From NCBI GenBank assembly GCA_009840355.1, contig VXNZ01000017.1:925-64924 (forward strand): a stretch of 64,000 bases of DNA, in the 5' to 3' direction. Both the position numbers and the translations under genes were made by a program. Source of the DNA: Chloroflexota bacterium. GTDB lineage: Bacteria > Chloroflexota > Dehalococcoidia > Lucifugimonadales > JADFKI01. The notes under the pieces are model-generated. The model saw only the letters and a list, made by a program, of their open reading frames with translations. It searched no databases and was not told where the DNA came from. Shown here one piece after another: positions 1-9,282 of the stretch. Position 1 is the first letter of the stretch. Each line of letters opens with the position of its first letter.

Positions 1-854
1 ACTGCGACACGGTTCTGGTTACGCACGGCGAAGCGGGCCGCAGCGCTCGTTCACGCGCGGGCGCAAATGGCTCCGACGCGGGCCCCCAATACGAGTCCCC
101 CTACGGATTCATCGGTGCGCCCATCAACTACGCGATGGCAGCACGCCGCTACATGCACATGTACGGCGAGCGCCGAGTGCGACAGGGCATGGCAGAGGTT
201 GCTGTCGCGACACGCAAGTGGGCGAACCTCAATCCCAAGGCATATTTCAAAGACACGCCGATGTCCTTCGACGACTACCATAACTCTCGCTGGATCGCCT
301 GGCCGTTCCATCTGCCGGACTGCTGTCTGGTAACGGACGCCGGCGGCGCGTATGTCGTGACCACGCCGGAGCGCGCGCGCGACCTGCCGAAGAAGCCGGT
401 GTATGTACTTGGCGCGGCGGAAGGACACGACCACGGCGTCCTCAGCCAGATGAAGAACCTCACCCGCACATGGGCAAAGTACTCCGGACCGGCGGCGCTG
501 CAGATGGCAGGCGTAACGCACGATGACATCGACCTCTCGATGATTTACGACTCGTTCACATACACCGTACTCGCCACGCTGGAAAGCCTCGGCTACTGCG
601 AGCCCGGCGAAGGTCCGGACTTTGTGGCGAATCAGCGCACGGCGCCCGGCGGCGACTTCGCGATGAACACCAGCGGCGGCGGTCTGTCCTATACACACTC
701 CGGCATGTACGGCATGTTCCTGGTGCTGGAAGCGGTCAGGCAGCTGCGCGGCGAGACTGGCGAGCGCCAGCTCGACGATCCCAAGCTCTGCCTCATCAAC
801 GGCACGGGCGGCTCGCTGTCCTCGACGGGCACGGTCGTTCTCGGCATCGATTAA
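1..854 (+). CDS. Thiolase-like / SCP-x-type lipid-transfer protein, C-terminal part (gene continues beyond left edge)
   Basis: Frame 3 is open from the window edge (CDTVLVTHGEAG...) into ORF 135..854. Thiolase C-terminal-domain-like segments are present (NTSGGGLSYTHSGMYG, INGTGGSLSS). It is followed by its usual DUF35 partner. Confidence 0.85.
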   Translation, partial: CDTVLVTHGEAGRSARSRAGANGSDAGPQYESPYGFIGAPINYAMAARRYMHMYGERRVRQGMAEVAVATRKWANLNPKAYFKDTPMSFDDYHNSRWIAWPFHLPDCCLVTDAGGAYVVTTPERARDLPKKPVYVLGAAEGHDHGVLSQMKNLTRTWAKYSGPAALQMAGVTHDDIDLSMIYDSFTYTVLATLESLGYCEPGEGPDFVANQRTAPGGDFAMNTSGGGLSYTHSGMYGMFLVLEAVRQLRGETGERQLDDPKLCLINGTGGSLSSTGTVVLGID

Positions 855-940
855 GCGGCAAATATGGCAAAGCCCTGATCACAGTTGCATTAGACGATTA
901 GGGCATTCCTATTCTGAACTCACTACAACGGAGAAGATAA

Positions 941-1357
941 ATGACGCAAGCATACAACAAGCCTCTGCCCACGCCGCAGGTCGAGTCTGACATGTACTGG
1001 CAGAAGGCGAAGGAACACGAACTCTGGCTGCGCTACGACAATGACGCGCAGCAGTACTACTTCTACCCGCGCGACATTTCGCCGATCACGTTCTCGCGCA
1101 ACACCGAGTGGCGACAGGTCAGCGGCAAGGCGACACTCTACACCTACGCCATCGTGCATCGCCCGCCACATCCCGGCTTCGTCGATGATGTGCCGTTCGT
1201 TACGGCGCTGGTGGAGCTCGACGAGGGTCCCATCATGCCAACCAACATCGTCATGGACGACCCCACGCCCGAAAAGCTAGTTATAGGCATGCCCCTAGAA
1301 GTAGTCTTCGAGGATGTAACGGACGAAATCAGCCTGCCCAAGTTCAAGCCCGCCTAA
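941..1357 (+). CDS. DUF35 OB-fold, acyl-CoA-associated protein (partner of SCP-x-type thiolases)
   Basis: 138-aa ORF with an AGGAG-like RBS region upstream. It has the typical DUF35 layout (N-terminal W..A.......L....C..C-like region degenerate, then OB-fold: GKATLYTYAIVH...VTALVELDEGP). It lies directly downstream of the thiolase-like gene. Confidence 0.8.
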   Translation: MTQAYNKPLPTPQVESDMYWQKAKEHELWLRYDNDAQQYYFYPRDISPITFSRNTEWRQVSGKATLYTYAIVHRPPHPGFVDDVPFVTALVELDEGPIMPTNIVMDDPTPEKLVIGMPLEVVFEDVTDEISLPKFKPA

Positions 1358-1384
1358 CGCGGTAGCAGAACAGCAGACAGCAAA

Positions 1385-1414
1385 GGGGGCTGGCAATGTT
1401 GATTGCCAGCCCTC
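1385..1414. terminator. Bidirectional hairpin terminator (DUF35 / DUF971 convergent)
   Basis: A 13-bp stem (one G-U pair), GGGGGCTGGCAAT (1385-1397) with ATTGCCAGCCCTC (1402-1414), around a 4-nt loop. Confidence 0.7.
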
Positions 1415-1489
1415 TCTAATACTTATCGGGAAATCAGTGGTTGATGCGGACAAGTCGTCAGCAAAACAAAGACGCTTCTCCTCGGAAGG

Positions 1490-1807
1490 TTATCCCTCGT
1501 CATCAACATGCTGGCACAGCATCCGCAGCATCGTGAACGGATAGATGCCGGTGTAGTGCCCATCGCTCCACAGGAATTGCAGGGCGTATCTGCCGATCTT
1601 CAGGTAGTCCAGCGCCATGATGTTAGCGTCAATGGTCGCCGGGTCGAGCAGCTTGCGGTTCGTCCATTCCTCGACGCACTCCGCGCAGGCGCAGTTTATC
1701 CGCAAATACTTTCCGGTATAGAAGCAGGTATGCCCATCCGTCCAATGAATGGTTACGCCTTCCGCGCTAAGCTCCACATTCTCGACACCCAACTCCGCTG
1801 CCATCAT
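1490..1807 (-). CDS. DUF971 domain protein (gamma-butyrobetaine hydroxylase N-terminal-like)
   Basis: 105-aa ORF. The pattern 'VTIHWTDGH...YLRINCACAEC...ALQFLWSDGHYTGIYPF' matches my memory of DUF971, with its duplicated W-DGH motif and Cys cluster. Confidence 0.75.
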   Translation of the reverse strand: MMAAELGVENVELSAEGVTIHWTDGHTCFYTGKYLRINCACAECVEEWTNRKLLDPATIDANIMALDYLKIGRYALQFLWSDGHYTGIYPFTMLRMLCQHVDDEG

Positions 1808-1832
1808 AATCGCACCTCAAGACATTGCAAAA

Positions 1833-1875
1833 GTCCCTTCCCCTTTATGAGAGAAGGCTAAAACTGCCGCTGCCA
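1833..1875 (+). repeat. Degenerate copy of the same repeat family
   Basis: GTCCCTTCCCCTTTATGAGAGAAGGCTAAAACTGCCGCTGCC aligns closely with the left two-thirds of the 52076 copy (GTCCCTTTCCGCTTTATGGGGAAGGTTAGGATGCGG). The core has diverged to AAGGCTAAAAC. Confidence 0.45.
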
Positions 1876-1976
1876 ATCTTCCCCCTGCCAAGACAGGGAG
1901 CAGGGTGTGAGGTGAAACGCTCGCGCGGCGAACCACCCCACTGCCCCACTGACAGACTGAATAACTGACAGAATCC

Positions 1977-2933
1977 CTATCCCTGCTTAATCAGTTTCTG
2001 CATCGAGCGAAGTTCCTGAGGCGGGTCCATCTTGCTGCCGTAGTCGGCGTAGGACACTTCTGCCACATAGATGTCGCCCTTGGAATCAGTCGCGATGCCG
2101 TGCGGCGAGTAGAAACGCCCCGGTTCGTCGCCGTATGTCTGCGTGCCGAGCCGCGCCAGCCGGTTGCCCTGCGTGTTGTATATGCTCACGCGCGGGCCTA
2201 GATGCGTTCCCATCCGGTTGGGGTTGATGCCGGAGAAGTACTCGCCGACATAGATGAGCTCTTGGTCGCCCTTCGAGTCCAGATACAGGCACGCCGCGCG
2301 CGACATGTTCGTCCACTGCGCTTCAAACTTGCCCTCCGGGCTGAATATCTGGATGCGATGGTTTTCGCGGTCGGCGACATAGACCCAGCCATCCCTGTCC
2401 ACGCCGACATAGTGCACGATGTTGAATTGCCCGGGGTCGTTGCCCGATTCGCCCCACGAGAACAAGTGCTTGCCATCCGGCGAATACTTGTGCACCGCCG
2501 CGTTGGTGTAGCCGTCGCCCACATAGAAATCGCCGTTACGCGGGTCGAATGCGACATGCGCCGGCGCGTTGAACGGCTTACCGCTCATCGGCGGCGATGG
2601 CTGTCCCGGTGTGCCGATGGTCATCAGCACTTTGCCATCCGGCGTCATTTGGCGAACGGTATGGTCGCCATTGTCCACGCACCACAGATTGCCGTCGGGA
2701 CCTACGGTAACACCGTGCGGGTTGGCGAAAATGCCATGTCCCCAAGTCCGCTGGACATTGCCTTCCGTGTCGAACACTATCATCGGATGTGTGCCGCGAT
2801 TGAACACATACACATTATCGTTGGCGTCCACATCGACGGCGGTCGCTTCCTTGTAAGTCGCGCCTTCCGGCAGGTTGCCCCAGTCATCGCCCGACACTTC
2901 ATAGACCCATTCGCTCGAACCAAGCAGTACCAT
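1977..2933 (-). CDS. NHL-repeat six-bladed beta-propeller protein
   Basis: 318-aa ORF with repeated 'P.GVAVD..GN.YV.D..NHR.' type blades (e.g. PHGVTVGPDGNLWCVDNGDHTV, VGVDRDGWVYVADRENHRIQIF, PHGIATDSKGDIYVAEV). Confidence 0.8.
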   Translation of the reverse strand: MVLLGSSEWVYEVSGDDWGNLPEGATYKEATAVDVDANDNVYVFNRGTHPMIVFDTEGNVQRTWGHGIFANPHGVTVGPDGNLWCVDNGDHTVRQMTPDGKVLMTIGTPGQPSPPMSGKPFNAPAHVAFDPRNGDFYVGDGYTNAAVHKYSPDGKHLFSWGESGNDPGQFNIVHYVGVDRDGWVYVADRENHRIQIFSPEGKFEAQWTNMSRAACLYLDSKGDQELIYVGEYFSGINPNRMGTHLGPRVSIYNTQGNRLARLGTQTYGDEPGRFYSPHGIATDSKGDIYVAEVSYADYGSKMDPPQELRSMQKLIKQG

Positions 2934-3198
2934 TCGTCAATCCTCCATCGGTTAATCATCGTCACTCTTCCGTCTGCGCCAAAGCGCACTCGGTTGAAAT
3001 GATGGTATCAGCCAAGCGTCCCATGCACAAGAACAGCACTCCGAAATGAGAATATGCTCCACCGTGATTTCAATCGACCTATACCCTACCCTGCTTATCC
3101 GATATTCTTCAGCCCAACTCCACGCCTTGACCGATACTACCGAGTGCATATAATACGATTAAGTCATTCGTTAACTCTGCGTAAAGGAGCGTCTCACT

Positions 3199-4533
3199 AT
3201 GGCAACCATTGAAGCACGCTACCGCGAGATGTTTGGCAAATCGGTGGATTGGTATGAACGCGGTAAGTCGCTGTTCGCGGGTGGCATTACGCACCAGACG
3301 CGCTTCACTTCGCCGTTCCCCGCGTACATCGATTATGCCGAGGGACCGTACAAGTACGATGTGGACGATAACCGGATTATCGACTTTGTGATGGGAAACG
3401 GCAGCTTGCTGATGGGGCACAGCCAGCCCGCCATCATCGAGGCGATACGCGAGCAAGTTAGCAGGGGCACGCACGTCGGCGGCGCGTCAACCCATGAAGT
3501 TCGGTACGCTGAAGCAGTCAAGAGTCTCGTGCCATCCTTGGAGCGTGTGCGCTTCACTGCGTCCGGCACCGAATCGACATACCTCGCGCTAAGGCTCGCC
3601 CGCGCATTTACAGGCAAGACGAAAATTGTCAAGTTTCTCGAACACTTCCACGGCTGGCACGATTATGTTACGCCGGAATCCGGGCAAGCGCTCGGCGGAG
3701 TGCCGCAGGAAGTGCTGGACACGGTAATCGTCGCGCCCGTGGACATCGCGGCGGTTGACAACATCCTGACGCAGGACGATGACATCGCCGCCGTAATCGT
3801 CGAATGCAACGGCGCGCATTACGGCACATTCCCATTGCAGAACCCGCATTTCTTGCACGACCTGCAGGAGCAGACGAAGCGGCACGGCGTCCTGTTCATA
3901 ATGGATGAGGTAATCACAGGATTCAGGCTGTCGCCCGGCGGCGCGCAGGTACGCTGGGGACTTGAACCCGACCTCACCACGATGGCGAAGATTATTGCGG
4001 GCGGGCAGCCCGGCGCGGCAGTAGGCGGCAGAGCCGATATTATGGAACTGATGGCATTCCGCAACGACCCAGAGTGGGACAATGAAGGCAGGGTGCCGCA
4101 GGGTGGCACATACAACGCGCAGCCACTGACTGCCGTTGCCGGTGTTGCCGCGCTGAATGCAATCGCCAACGAAGGCGTCAACGCAAGAGCGGACGCGATG
4201 GCGGAACGGCTGAAGGATGGGCTGAATACGGCATTCATTCAGAACGAGGTTGCGGGACACGCGCACGGCATATCGTCGATAATCCATGTGAACCTGAACG
4301 CGGACTGCGACTGTGATCGCGGTATCTGCACGATGCCATATCAGCAGATATACGACACGATGCCCGCCGCCGCGACACGCACATTGCGTCGCGCTATGCT
4401 GGTCAACGGCGTGGATATGATGGGCGGCAGAGCGTTCTTCGTCTCGTCCGCACACGACGAGGATGTCATCGATCGTACTATCGACGCATTCTCCCAATCG
4501 CTGAAAGACCTTCGCGCAGAGGGCGAGTTGTAG
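3199..4533 (+). CDS. Class-III PLP-dependent aminotransferase (glutamate-1-semialdehyde aminomutase-like)
   Basis: 444 aa. Motifs: FTASGTESTYLALRLARA, FIMDEVITGFRL, and TMAKIIAGG (PLP-lysine context). Confidence 0.9.
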   Translation: MATIEARYREMFGKSVDWYERGKSLFAGGITHQTRFTSPFPAYIDYAEGPYKYDVDDNRIIDFVMGNGSLLMGHSQPAIIEAIREQVSRGTHVGGASTHEVRYAEAVKSLVPSLERVRFTASGTESTYLALRLARAFTGKTKIVKFLEHFHGWHDYVTPESGQALGGVPQEVLDTVIVAPVDIAAVDNILTQDDDIAAVIVECNGAHYGTFPLQNPHFLHDLQEQTKRHGVLFIMDEVITGFRLSPGGAQVRWGLEPDLTTMAKIIAGGQPGAAVGGRADIMELMAFRNDPEWDNEGRVPQGGTYNAQPLTAVAGVAALNAIANEGVNARADAMAERLKDGLNTAFIQNEVAGHAHGISSIIHVNLNADCDCDRGICTMPYQQIYDTMPAAATRTLRRAMLVNGVDMMGGRAFFVSSAHDEDVIDRTIDAFSQSLKDLRAEGEL

Positions 4534-4549
4534 AAGAATTGGAGCGTTT

Positions 4550-5299
4550 ATGAGCAGGTTCGACGAACAGGTTGCGATAATAACGGGCGCCGCCACAGGC
4601 ATTGGCTATGGCATCGCGCGGCGGCTGGCATCAGAGGGCGCGCGCCTTGTGATGGTGGACATCGACAGCGAACTCGGCGAGCAGTCCGCAAGCGAAATCT
4701 CCGCACGCAGCAGCGACACGCGGCTGGTAATCGGCGATGTGTCGGAGCAAGCCACGGCGGACGCCGCTGTGCAAGCAGCGTTAGACGCTTGGGGGCGCAT
4801 TGACATCCTCGTGAACAACGCGGGCATTACCGGCATAGACGGCAACATCTGGGAGACAACTCTCGACGAGATGGACCGTGTGTATCGCATCAACTTGCGC
4901 GGCGTATTCGCGTTCTGCCACGCCGCAATACCCGCGATGCTAGAGCGCGACTACGGGCGCATCGTCAACATCGCGTCCATCGCCGGCAAGGAGGGCAACC
5001 CGCGCATGGTGCCCTACTCCGCGACCAAAGCAGCCGTCATCGGTCTCACAAAGTCGGTAGGCAAAGAACTCGCCAAGAGTGGCATCCGCGTTAACTGCGT
5101 TACGCCCGCAGTCGTGCACACACGCATCCTGGACGAACTCACGCCGGAGCAGGTGCAATACATGGTAGATCGCATTCCAATCGGCCGCACCGGCGAGATT
5201 GCCGAGATTGCTGCACTCGTCGCGTGGCTGGCGTCCGAAGAGTGCTCGTTCAGCACCGGCGGCGTATTCGACATCAGCGGCGGCAGGGCGACCTACTAG
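4550..5299 (+). CDS. SDR-family oxidoreductase (FabG-like)
   Basis: 249 aa. Contains the Rossmann TGAATGIGYGIA motif, NNAG, and the YSATKAAV catalytic Y-x-x-x-K. Confidence 0.9.
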   Translation: MSRFDEQVAIITGAATGIGYGIARRLASEGARLVMVDIDSELGEQSASEISARSSDTRLVIGDVSEQATADAAVQAALDAWGRIDILVNNAGITGIDGNIWETTLDEMDRVYRINLRGVFAFCHAAIPAMLERDYGRIVNIASIAGKEGNPRMVPYSATKAAVIGLTKSVGKELAKSGIRVNCVTPAVVHTRILDELTPEQVQYMVDRIPIGRTGEIAEIAALVAWLASEECSFSTGGVFDISGGRATY

Positions 5300-5374
5300 C
5301 CCATCCGTCACGCCAGCATCAGCAGGACGCCGCTGCACCGTTCATACAAGATTCTCAGGCGAAAGGAACATAAA

Positions 5375-5929
5375 ATGCCGTGGATTCGTGAAGCGAACGA
5401 GCGTCTGCACTGGGCGAATGTCATCAACATTATGTCCATCAACCCCAAGGCGATGAAAGCCGTCAGCGACCTGAACAACGCGATCACTTTCGGCGCGTCC
5501 GCTCTCACTCGCACGCAGGAAGAGGCGATTGCGACCGCAGTATCCGTGCAGAATGAATGCCGCTTCTGAACGATGGCGCACGGGGAGTTTCTCCGTCACG
5601 AATCGGACGATCCGGGGTTGGCAAGCCATGTCATGCACGACTACCGTAACGCCGACCTTGAACCGCAGCTGCGCGCCATGCTCGACTACGCCACCAAGCT
5701 AACGCGCGAGCCGACGAACATGCAGGAAGCCGATGTCATCACCCTGCGCGAACACGGATTGTCGGATGAGCAGATTCTATCAGTCGCCCTGATCGCCTGC
5801 ACGTTCAATTTCATGACGCGGCTCGCAGACGGATTAGGCGTAGAAGTGCCGCAAGAACGCCAAGCGTATGTGGAGACTTGGCTCGACAGCCCTGCCCGCG
5901 ACCAAGAGTGGCTTATGAAGCAGAAGTAG
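5375..5929 (+). CDS. AhpD/carboxymuconolactone-decarboxylase-like 'peroxidase-related' protein, probable selenoprotein (in-frame UGA at 5567-5569)
   Basis: ORFs 5375..5569 and 5573..5929 share one frame and are separated only by TGA plus one codon. Read-through gives SVQNECRF-U-TMAHGEFL, which matches N-x-C-x-[YF]-C-x-x-x-H with TGA on the second Cys. An AGGA RBS lies 8 nt before 5375. Confidence 0.7.
5567..5569 (+). other. Candidate selenocysteine (UGA) codon in the CxxU motif of the AhpD-like gene
   Basis: TGA aligns with the second Cys of the family CxxC motif. An imperfect hairpin at 5580-5596 starts 11 nt downstream. Confidence 0.6.
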
Positions 5930-5939
5930 CGCCGGGCGG

Positions 5940-7310
5940 TCAATCGCCGCTTGCGATGCGCGGTTGGGGCGATTCTTCCGGATCGGGCGATTCTTCCGAC
6001 TCGGATGCTTCTTCCGCTTCCCAGTCAGGGATAAGCAGACTGTGGGTTGGCTCTAGGAAGACAATGTTCAGCGCACCGGCAAGACTCGTCGCGATTGAAG
6101 CCCAGAGCGCGATGTCGTAGCTGCCGAATATGTCAAATATCGGACCGCCAATCCAGCCGCCGAGCGCCATGCCCAAGCCTGCGCCCGCCATCTGCCAGCC
6201 GTGCGGCGCTCCGGTCGGCGCTTGCCCGTAATACTGCCGGTTGAGTATCGGGAACCCGCCGGTTTCGCCGCCGTAGCCAATGCCGAATACGATCGCGAAT
6301 AGGTAGAACATCCAAACGTCGTGCGTCCAGAAGAGCATTAAGACCAGAATGCCCTGCAATGCGAAGAAGACGAACATTATCTTGCGCGTGCCGATAGTTT
6401 CGCACATTATCGGCACGAAGACACGCGATATGACACTGACCGCCGAAAGCGTGGACAGCACGCCTGTCGCCTGTAGGAGAGTCAGCCCTTCATTCACCGC
6501 CAGCGGCACGATGTACACCAGAATTATCGCGTGCCCAACGCAGCCGAGAAAGTGAATGCTGCTCATATTCCAAAACGCAGCGGTCTTGCGCATATAGCCG
6601 CTGAACAGCTTCGTGCGCTCCGGGTCCGGCCTGCGCTTTTGAACTTCAACATCGCCCGGACGGAAACCGTAAGGTTGAAGTCCTTTGTCGGCAGGTCTGT
6701 CTCTGAACAGACCGATGAGAAGGAACATTATCGCCGCGGAACCGACGCCAAGCGCGATAAAGGCGTTCTGCCAGCCCATTCCGTCTATGAGCCAGCCTAC
6801 TACTAGCGCAGCAATCGCCGGACCAATCCCCCACGACGCCATGATGAGTCCCATCCCGACGCCGAGATGACGCCGGAACCAGTTCATCGCGGAAGGAATC
6901 AAAGGCACTAGGAATATCGCCTGCGCCACGCCGAGCAGCACGCCGAAGTACAGGTAAAGTTCCCAGATGGTGCTTATAAGTCCGGTGAGCAGCATGCCGG
7001 CTAGGAACATTGCGGTGCCGATCACCATTGCCTTGCGCGCGCCGAAGCGATCGCCAAACCAACCGGCAAAGGGAGAAGCCAAGGCGGTTACCACGCTCGA
7101 AAGCAAGTATGCGAACGTGATGCTGCCTTGGCTCCAGTTGAATGTCTGCTCCAGCGGGTCGATAAACACGCCGAACGCCATGCGGATGGAAGTACCGACC
7201 ATCTGCATCACGGCGATGACCGTTACGATTACCCAGACATAGTGAGGATAGATGACGCGCCCGTAGTTTAGTCGGGCGCGGCTTTCAGACGGTTGCGGCT
7301 GCTGTGCCAT
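5940..7310 (-). CDS. MFS transporter (oxalate/formate-antiporter-like), acidic C-terminal tail
   Basis: 456 aa with about 12 hydrophobic segments. It has an MFS loop motif context (GWFGDRFGARKAM) and a C-terminal EEASESEESPDPEE tail. Confidence 0.9.
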   Translation of the reverse strand: MAQQPQPSESRARLNYGRVIYPHYVWVIVTVIAVMQMVGTSIRMAFGVFIDPLEQTFNWSQGSITFAYLLSSVVTALASPFAGWFGDRFGARKAMVIGTAMFLAGMLLTGLISTIWELYLYFGVLLGVAQAIFLVPLIPSAMNWFRRHLGVGMGLIMASWGIGPAIAALVVGWLIDGMGWQNAFIALGVGSAAIMFLLIGLFRDRPADKGLQPYGFRPGDVEVQKRRPDPERTKLFSGYMRKTAAFWNMSSIHFLGCVGHAIILVYIVPLAVNEGLTLLQATGVLSTLSAVSVISRVFVPIMCETIGTRKIMFVFFALQGILVLMLFWTHDVWMFYLFAIVFGIGYGGETGGFPILNRQYYGQAPTGAPHGWQMAGAGLGMALGGWIGGPIFDIFGSYDIALWASIATSLAGALNIVFLEPTHSLLIPDWEAEEASESEESPDPEESPQPRIASGD

Positions 7311-7347
7311 TAACTGTTCTCTAAACCTCAGCTTGTCCTGGTTTACC

Positions 7348-7677
7348 CTAGTGTAGTGGGCATGCGAACAGGAAATATCGTTCCCATCCTTGTGCTTCCT
7401 GCGAAGTCGAATAAGGCAGCGTGTTCGCAGCGCCGGGCTGCCCTATTCCACCGGATAGTCCCGTAACAGACGCGGATGTGCCGGTTGCCGTCCTTGCAGT
7501 AGAGCTAAAGTCGAACTGCTGCGCGCCCTGCGTGGACGCATGCGAGACTCGCTCTTGGACGCGAGCGTCTGCCGCCCACGCGCCGAAGTATATCGTCAGC
7601 GCAAGGCTGATGGTTACTACCAGCACGAATTGCACCGGCATCCCCAATATACGCATGTCGTTTATGCGCGATTCCAC
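7348..7677 (-). CDS. Hypothetical small single-pass membrane protein
   Basis: 109-aa ORF with one N-terminal hydrophobic helix (VQFVLVVTISLALTIYFGAWA). It sits between the VOC and MFS genes on the same strand. I recognise no family. Confidence 0.4.
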   Translation of the reverse strand: MESRINDMRILGMPVQFVLVVTISLALTIYFGAWAADARVQERVSHASTQGAQQFDFSSTARTATGTSASVTGLSGGIGQPGAANTLPYSTSQEAQGWERYFLFACPLH

Positions 7678-7746
7678 CGGGATTTCCTTTGCCTTTGAGA
7701 GCGTTTGTTTTCCTGCTTTGCAACGCAGTTACCGCAACTTGCAGTT

Positions 7747-8220
7747 TTAGTTGGGAACCGCCGCCTCTGCGATGGACATCAACTCTTCGTCGGACATGTC
7801 CAGCTCGATGTGGTCGCCGTGCGGCTGTGGAACTTCCAACCCGGTCTTGTAATAGACTTCGAGCGTGTTGCCCTCAGGATCGTCGGCGTACATACCAAAC
7901 GCGTTACCATGGCTTACGATGCGCTGGATGTTCACACCTTCGCTCGTGAAGGCGCGGTAGAAGTCCTTCAGCTCCGAAATCGTCTCGACCGTGAAGGAAA
8001 TCTGCTGCACGAGCTTGCCGTCGGCTGGCACATCGCGCCCTTCCATCAACACGAACTCGTGGTGCTCCACATCCGGATTGGCGCTCATGAACACCATGCG
8101 GCGCTGCTCAAGATCTTCGTCCGTAATCTCCAAGCCCATCACGCGCGAGTAGAAATCGCGCTGACCCATCAGGTCGTTCACATAAATGCCCACATGTCCA
8201 AGCCCGCTAACTCTAGGCAT
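7747..8220 (-). CDS. VOC-family (glyoxalase / extradiol dioxygenase-like) protein
   Basis: 157 aa. N-terminus GLGHVGIYVNDL...FYSRVMGLE plus HHEFVL and a second beta-alpha-beta-beta-beta module. Confidence 0.85.
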   Translation of the reverse strand: MPRVSGLGHVGIYVNDLMGQRDFYSRVMGLEITDEDLEQRRMVFMSANPDVEHHEFVLMEGRDVPADGKLVQQISFTVETISELKDFYRAFTSEGVNIQRIVSHGNAFGMYADDPEGNTLEVYYKTGLEVPQPHGDHIELDMSDEELMSIAEAAVPN

Positions 8221-8431
8221 AGTATAGCCTCCTGCCCTGCGTCGTCTCGCATTGTATTGGTAATGGATACTGCGCTTTACGCTGACCGTCCATCTGTGTC
8301 TCTAATGGATAATATAACTCATACTTTCAATTTTGGTAAGCCATCCTGCCAAATGCGTACGGTGCAATCGTGTTTTGCACGCCGACAACAACTGTTATGC
8401 CTTGTCCCCAGCCGCCAAAGAATTCAATTGC

Positions 8432-8459
8432 TCATTCAGACCCATTCATTCAGACCCAT
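8432..8459. repeat. Perfect 14-bp tandem duplication spanning the stop codon of the HAD gene
   Basis: TCATTCAGACCCAT occurs twice in tandem (8432-8445 and 8446-8459). The second copy contains the last three full codons and the stop of the minus-strand HAD gene. Confidence 0.8.
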
Positions 8460-9142
8460 TCCAGCCTGCCATTCAATTCCGCCAACAGCGCATCGAGAGG
8501 CAGCGACGCCAGCGACGCCAGCCGCATGTCCGCCGTGTCGAACTTCATGCGGTCGGTCATCGGGTTTGGCACTACAACACAGTACAGCCCCGCCGCCTTC
8601 GCCGCAGTCAACCCATGCATCGAGTCTTCTATCGCAAGCGCGTTCTCCGGGCGCACTCCCAGCCTATCTACCGCCATCGTATAAAGATCAGGAGCCGGTT
8701 TGGCGCGCTTCACATCGCCCGCGTCCAGCACAAACTCGAAATAATGCAGCAATTCCCTGCTATTCAGATGTCCTTTCGCCCAGCCCGGAAGGGAACTTGA
8801 CGCCACTGCAAGCTTCAGTTGCATGTCCTTTGCGGCAGCCAGATACTCTTTCACGCCTGGCAGAACGGGGTTTTCGTCAATACGCTCCAGGTAACGGCGG
8901 CGCATTCGTGGACGGACTTCCGCCCGCTCGATATGCTGCCCCGACAATTCGGCAAGGTGCTTGTAGATATTGAAATCGTCACTGTGCCGGCCGATAGCCC
9001 ACTCCCACACATCGCGCTCCAGCGAGACGCCGTAAGAATCGAACACCTCCTGCCATGTGTCAAACTCTGGCGTCTCCGTATCTATTATCAGCCCGTCGAA
9101 ATCAAAGACGATTGCTTCAATCAAGTTATTTCCCCAAGTCAT
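8450..9142 (-). CDS. HAD-superfamily hydrolase (subfamily IA, beta-phosphoglucomutase-like)
   Basis: 230 aa. Contains the DxD motif IVFDFDGLIIDTE, S/T motif VASSS, K...EDS(MHG) motifs. Confidence 0.9.
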   Translation of the reverse strand: MTWGNNLIEAIVFDFDGLIIDTETPEFDTWQEVFDSYGVSLERDVWEWAIGRHSDDFNIYKHLAELSGQHIERAEVRPRMRRRYLERIDENPVLPGVKEYLAAAKDMQLKLAVASSSLPGWAKGHLNSRELLHYFEFVLDAGDVKRAKPAPDLYTMAVDRLGVRPENALAIEDSMHGLTAAKAAGLYCVVVPNPMTDRMKFDTADMRLASLASLPLDALLAELNGRLEWV

Positions 9143-9282
9143 TTGCCTGTTATGCCTAGATTGAAATCACTCGCGACATTATATCACCGGTTGGAGTTAT
9201 CGCCGAAAAGCAATCCGTTGACACTTTGGATATAATATCAGCAGCAATTCCAATGATTTGTCCAATGATTGGCGGAGTAACT

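Noticed and set aside
3589-4602. A 337-aa minus-strand ORF. Similar long antisense ORFs occur at 51-698, 19308-20288, 25627-26406, 30688-31404, 34622-35623, 43349-44002, 47714-48532, 48715-49584 and 54415-55101.
   Set aside because: Each lies opposite a gene with clear family motifs (aminotransferase, thiolase, aconitase, recG, hemA/dapA-like, pheA/trkA, dehydrogenase, NHL, DUF1501, AGXT). Each translates to Arg/Ala/Pro-rich sequence without recognisable domains.
7705-8973. A 422-aa ORF on the plus strand.
   Set aside because: It runs antisense across two well-supported minus-strand genes (VOC 7747-8220 and HAD 8450-9142) and the spacer between them. Its product is Arg/Pro/Ala/His-rich low-complexity sequence with no motifs. 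This is a typical shadow ORF of GC-rich DNA.
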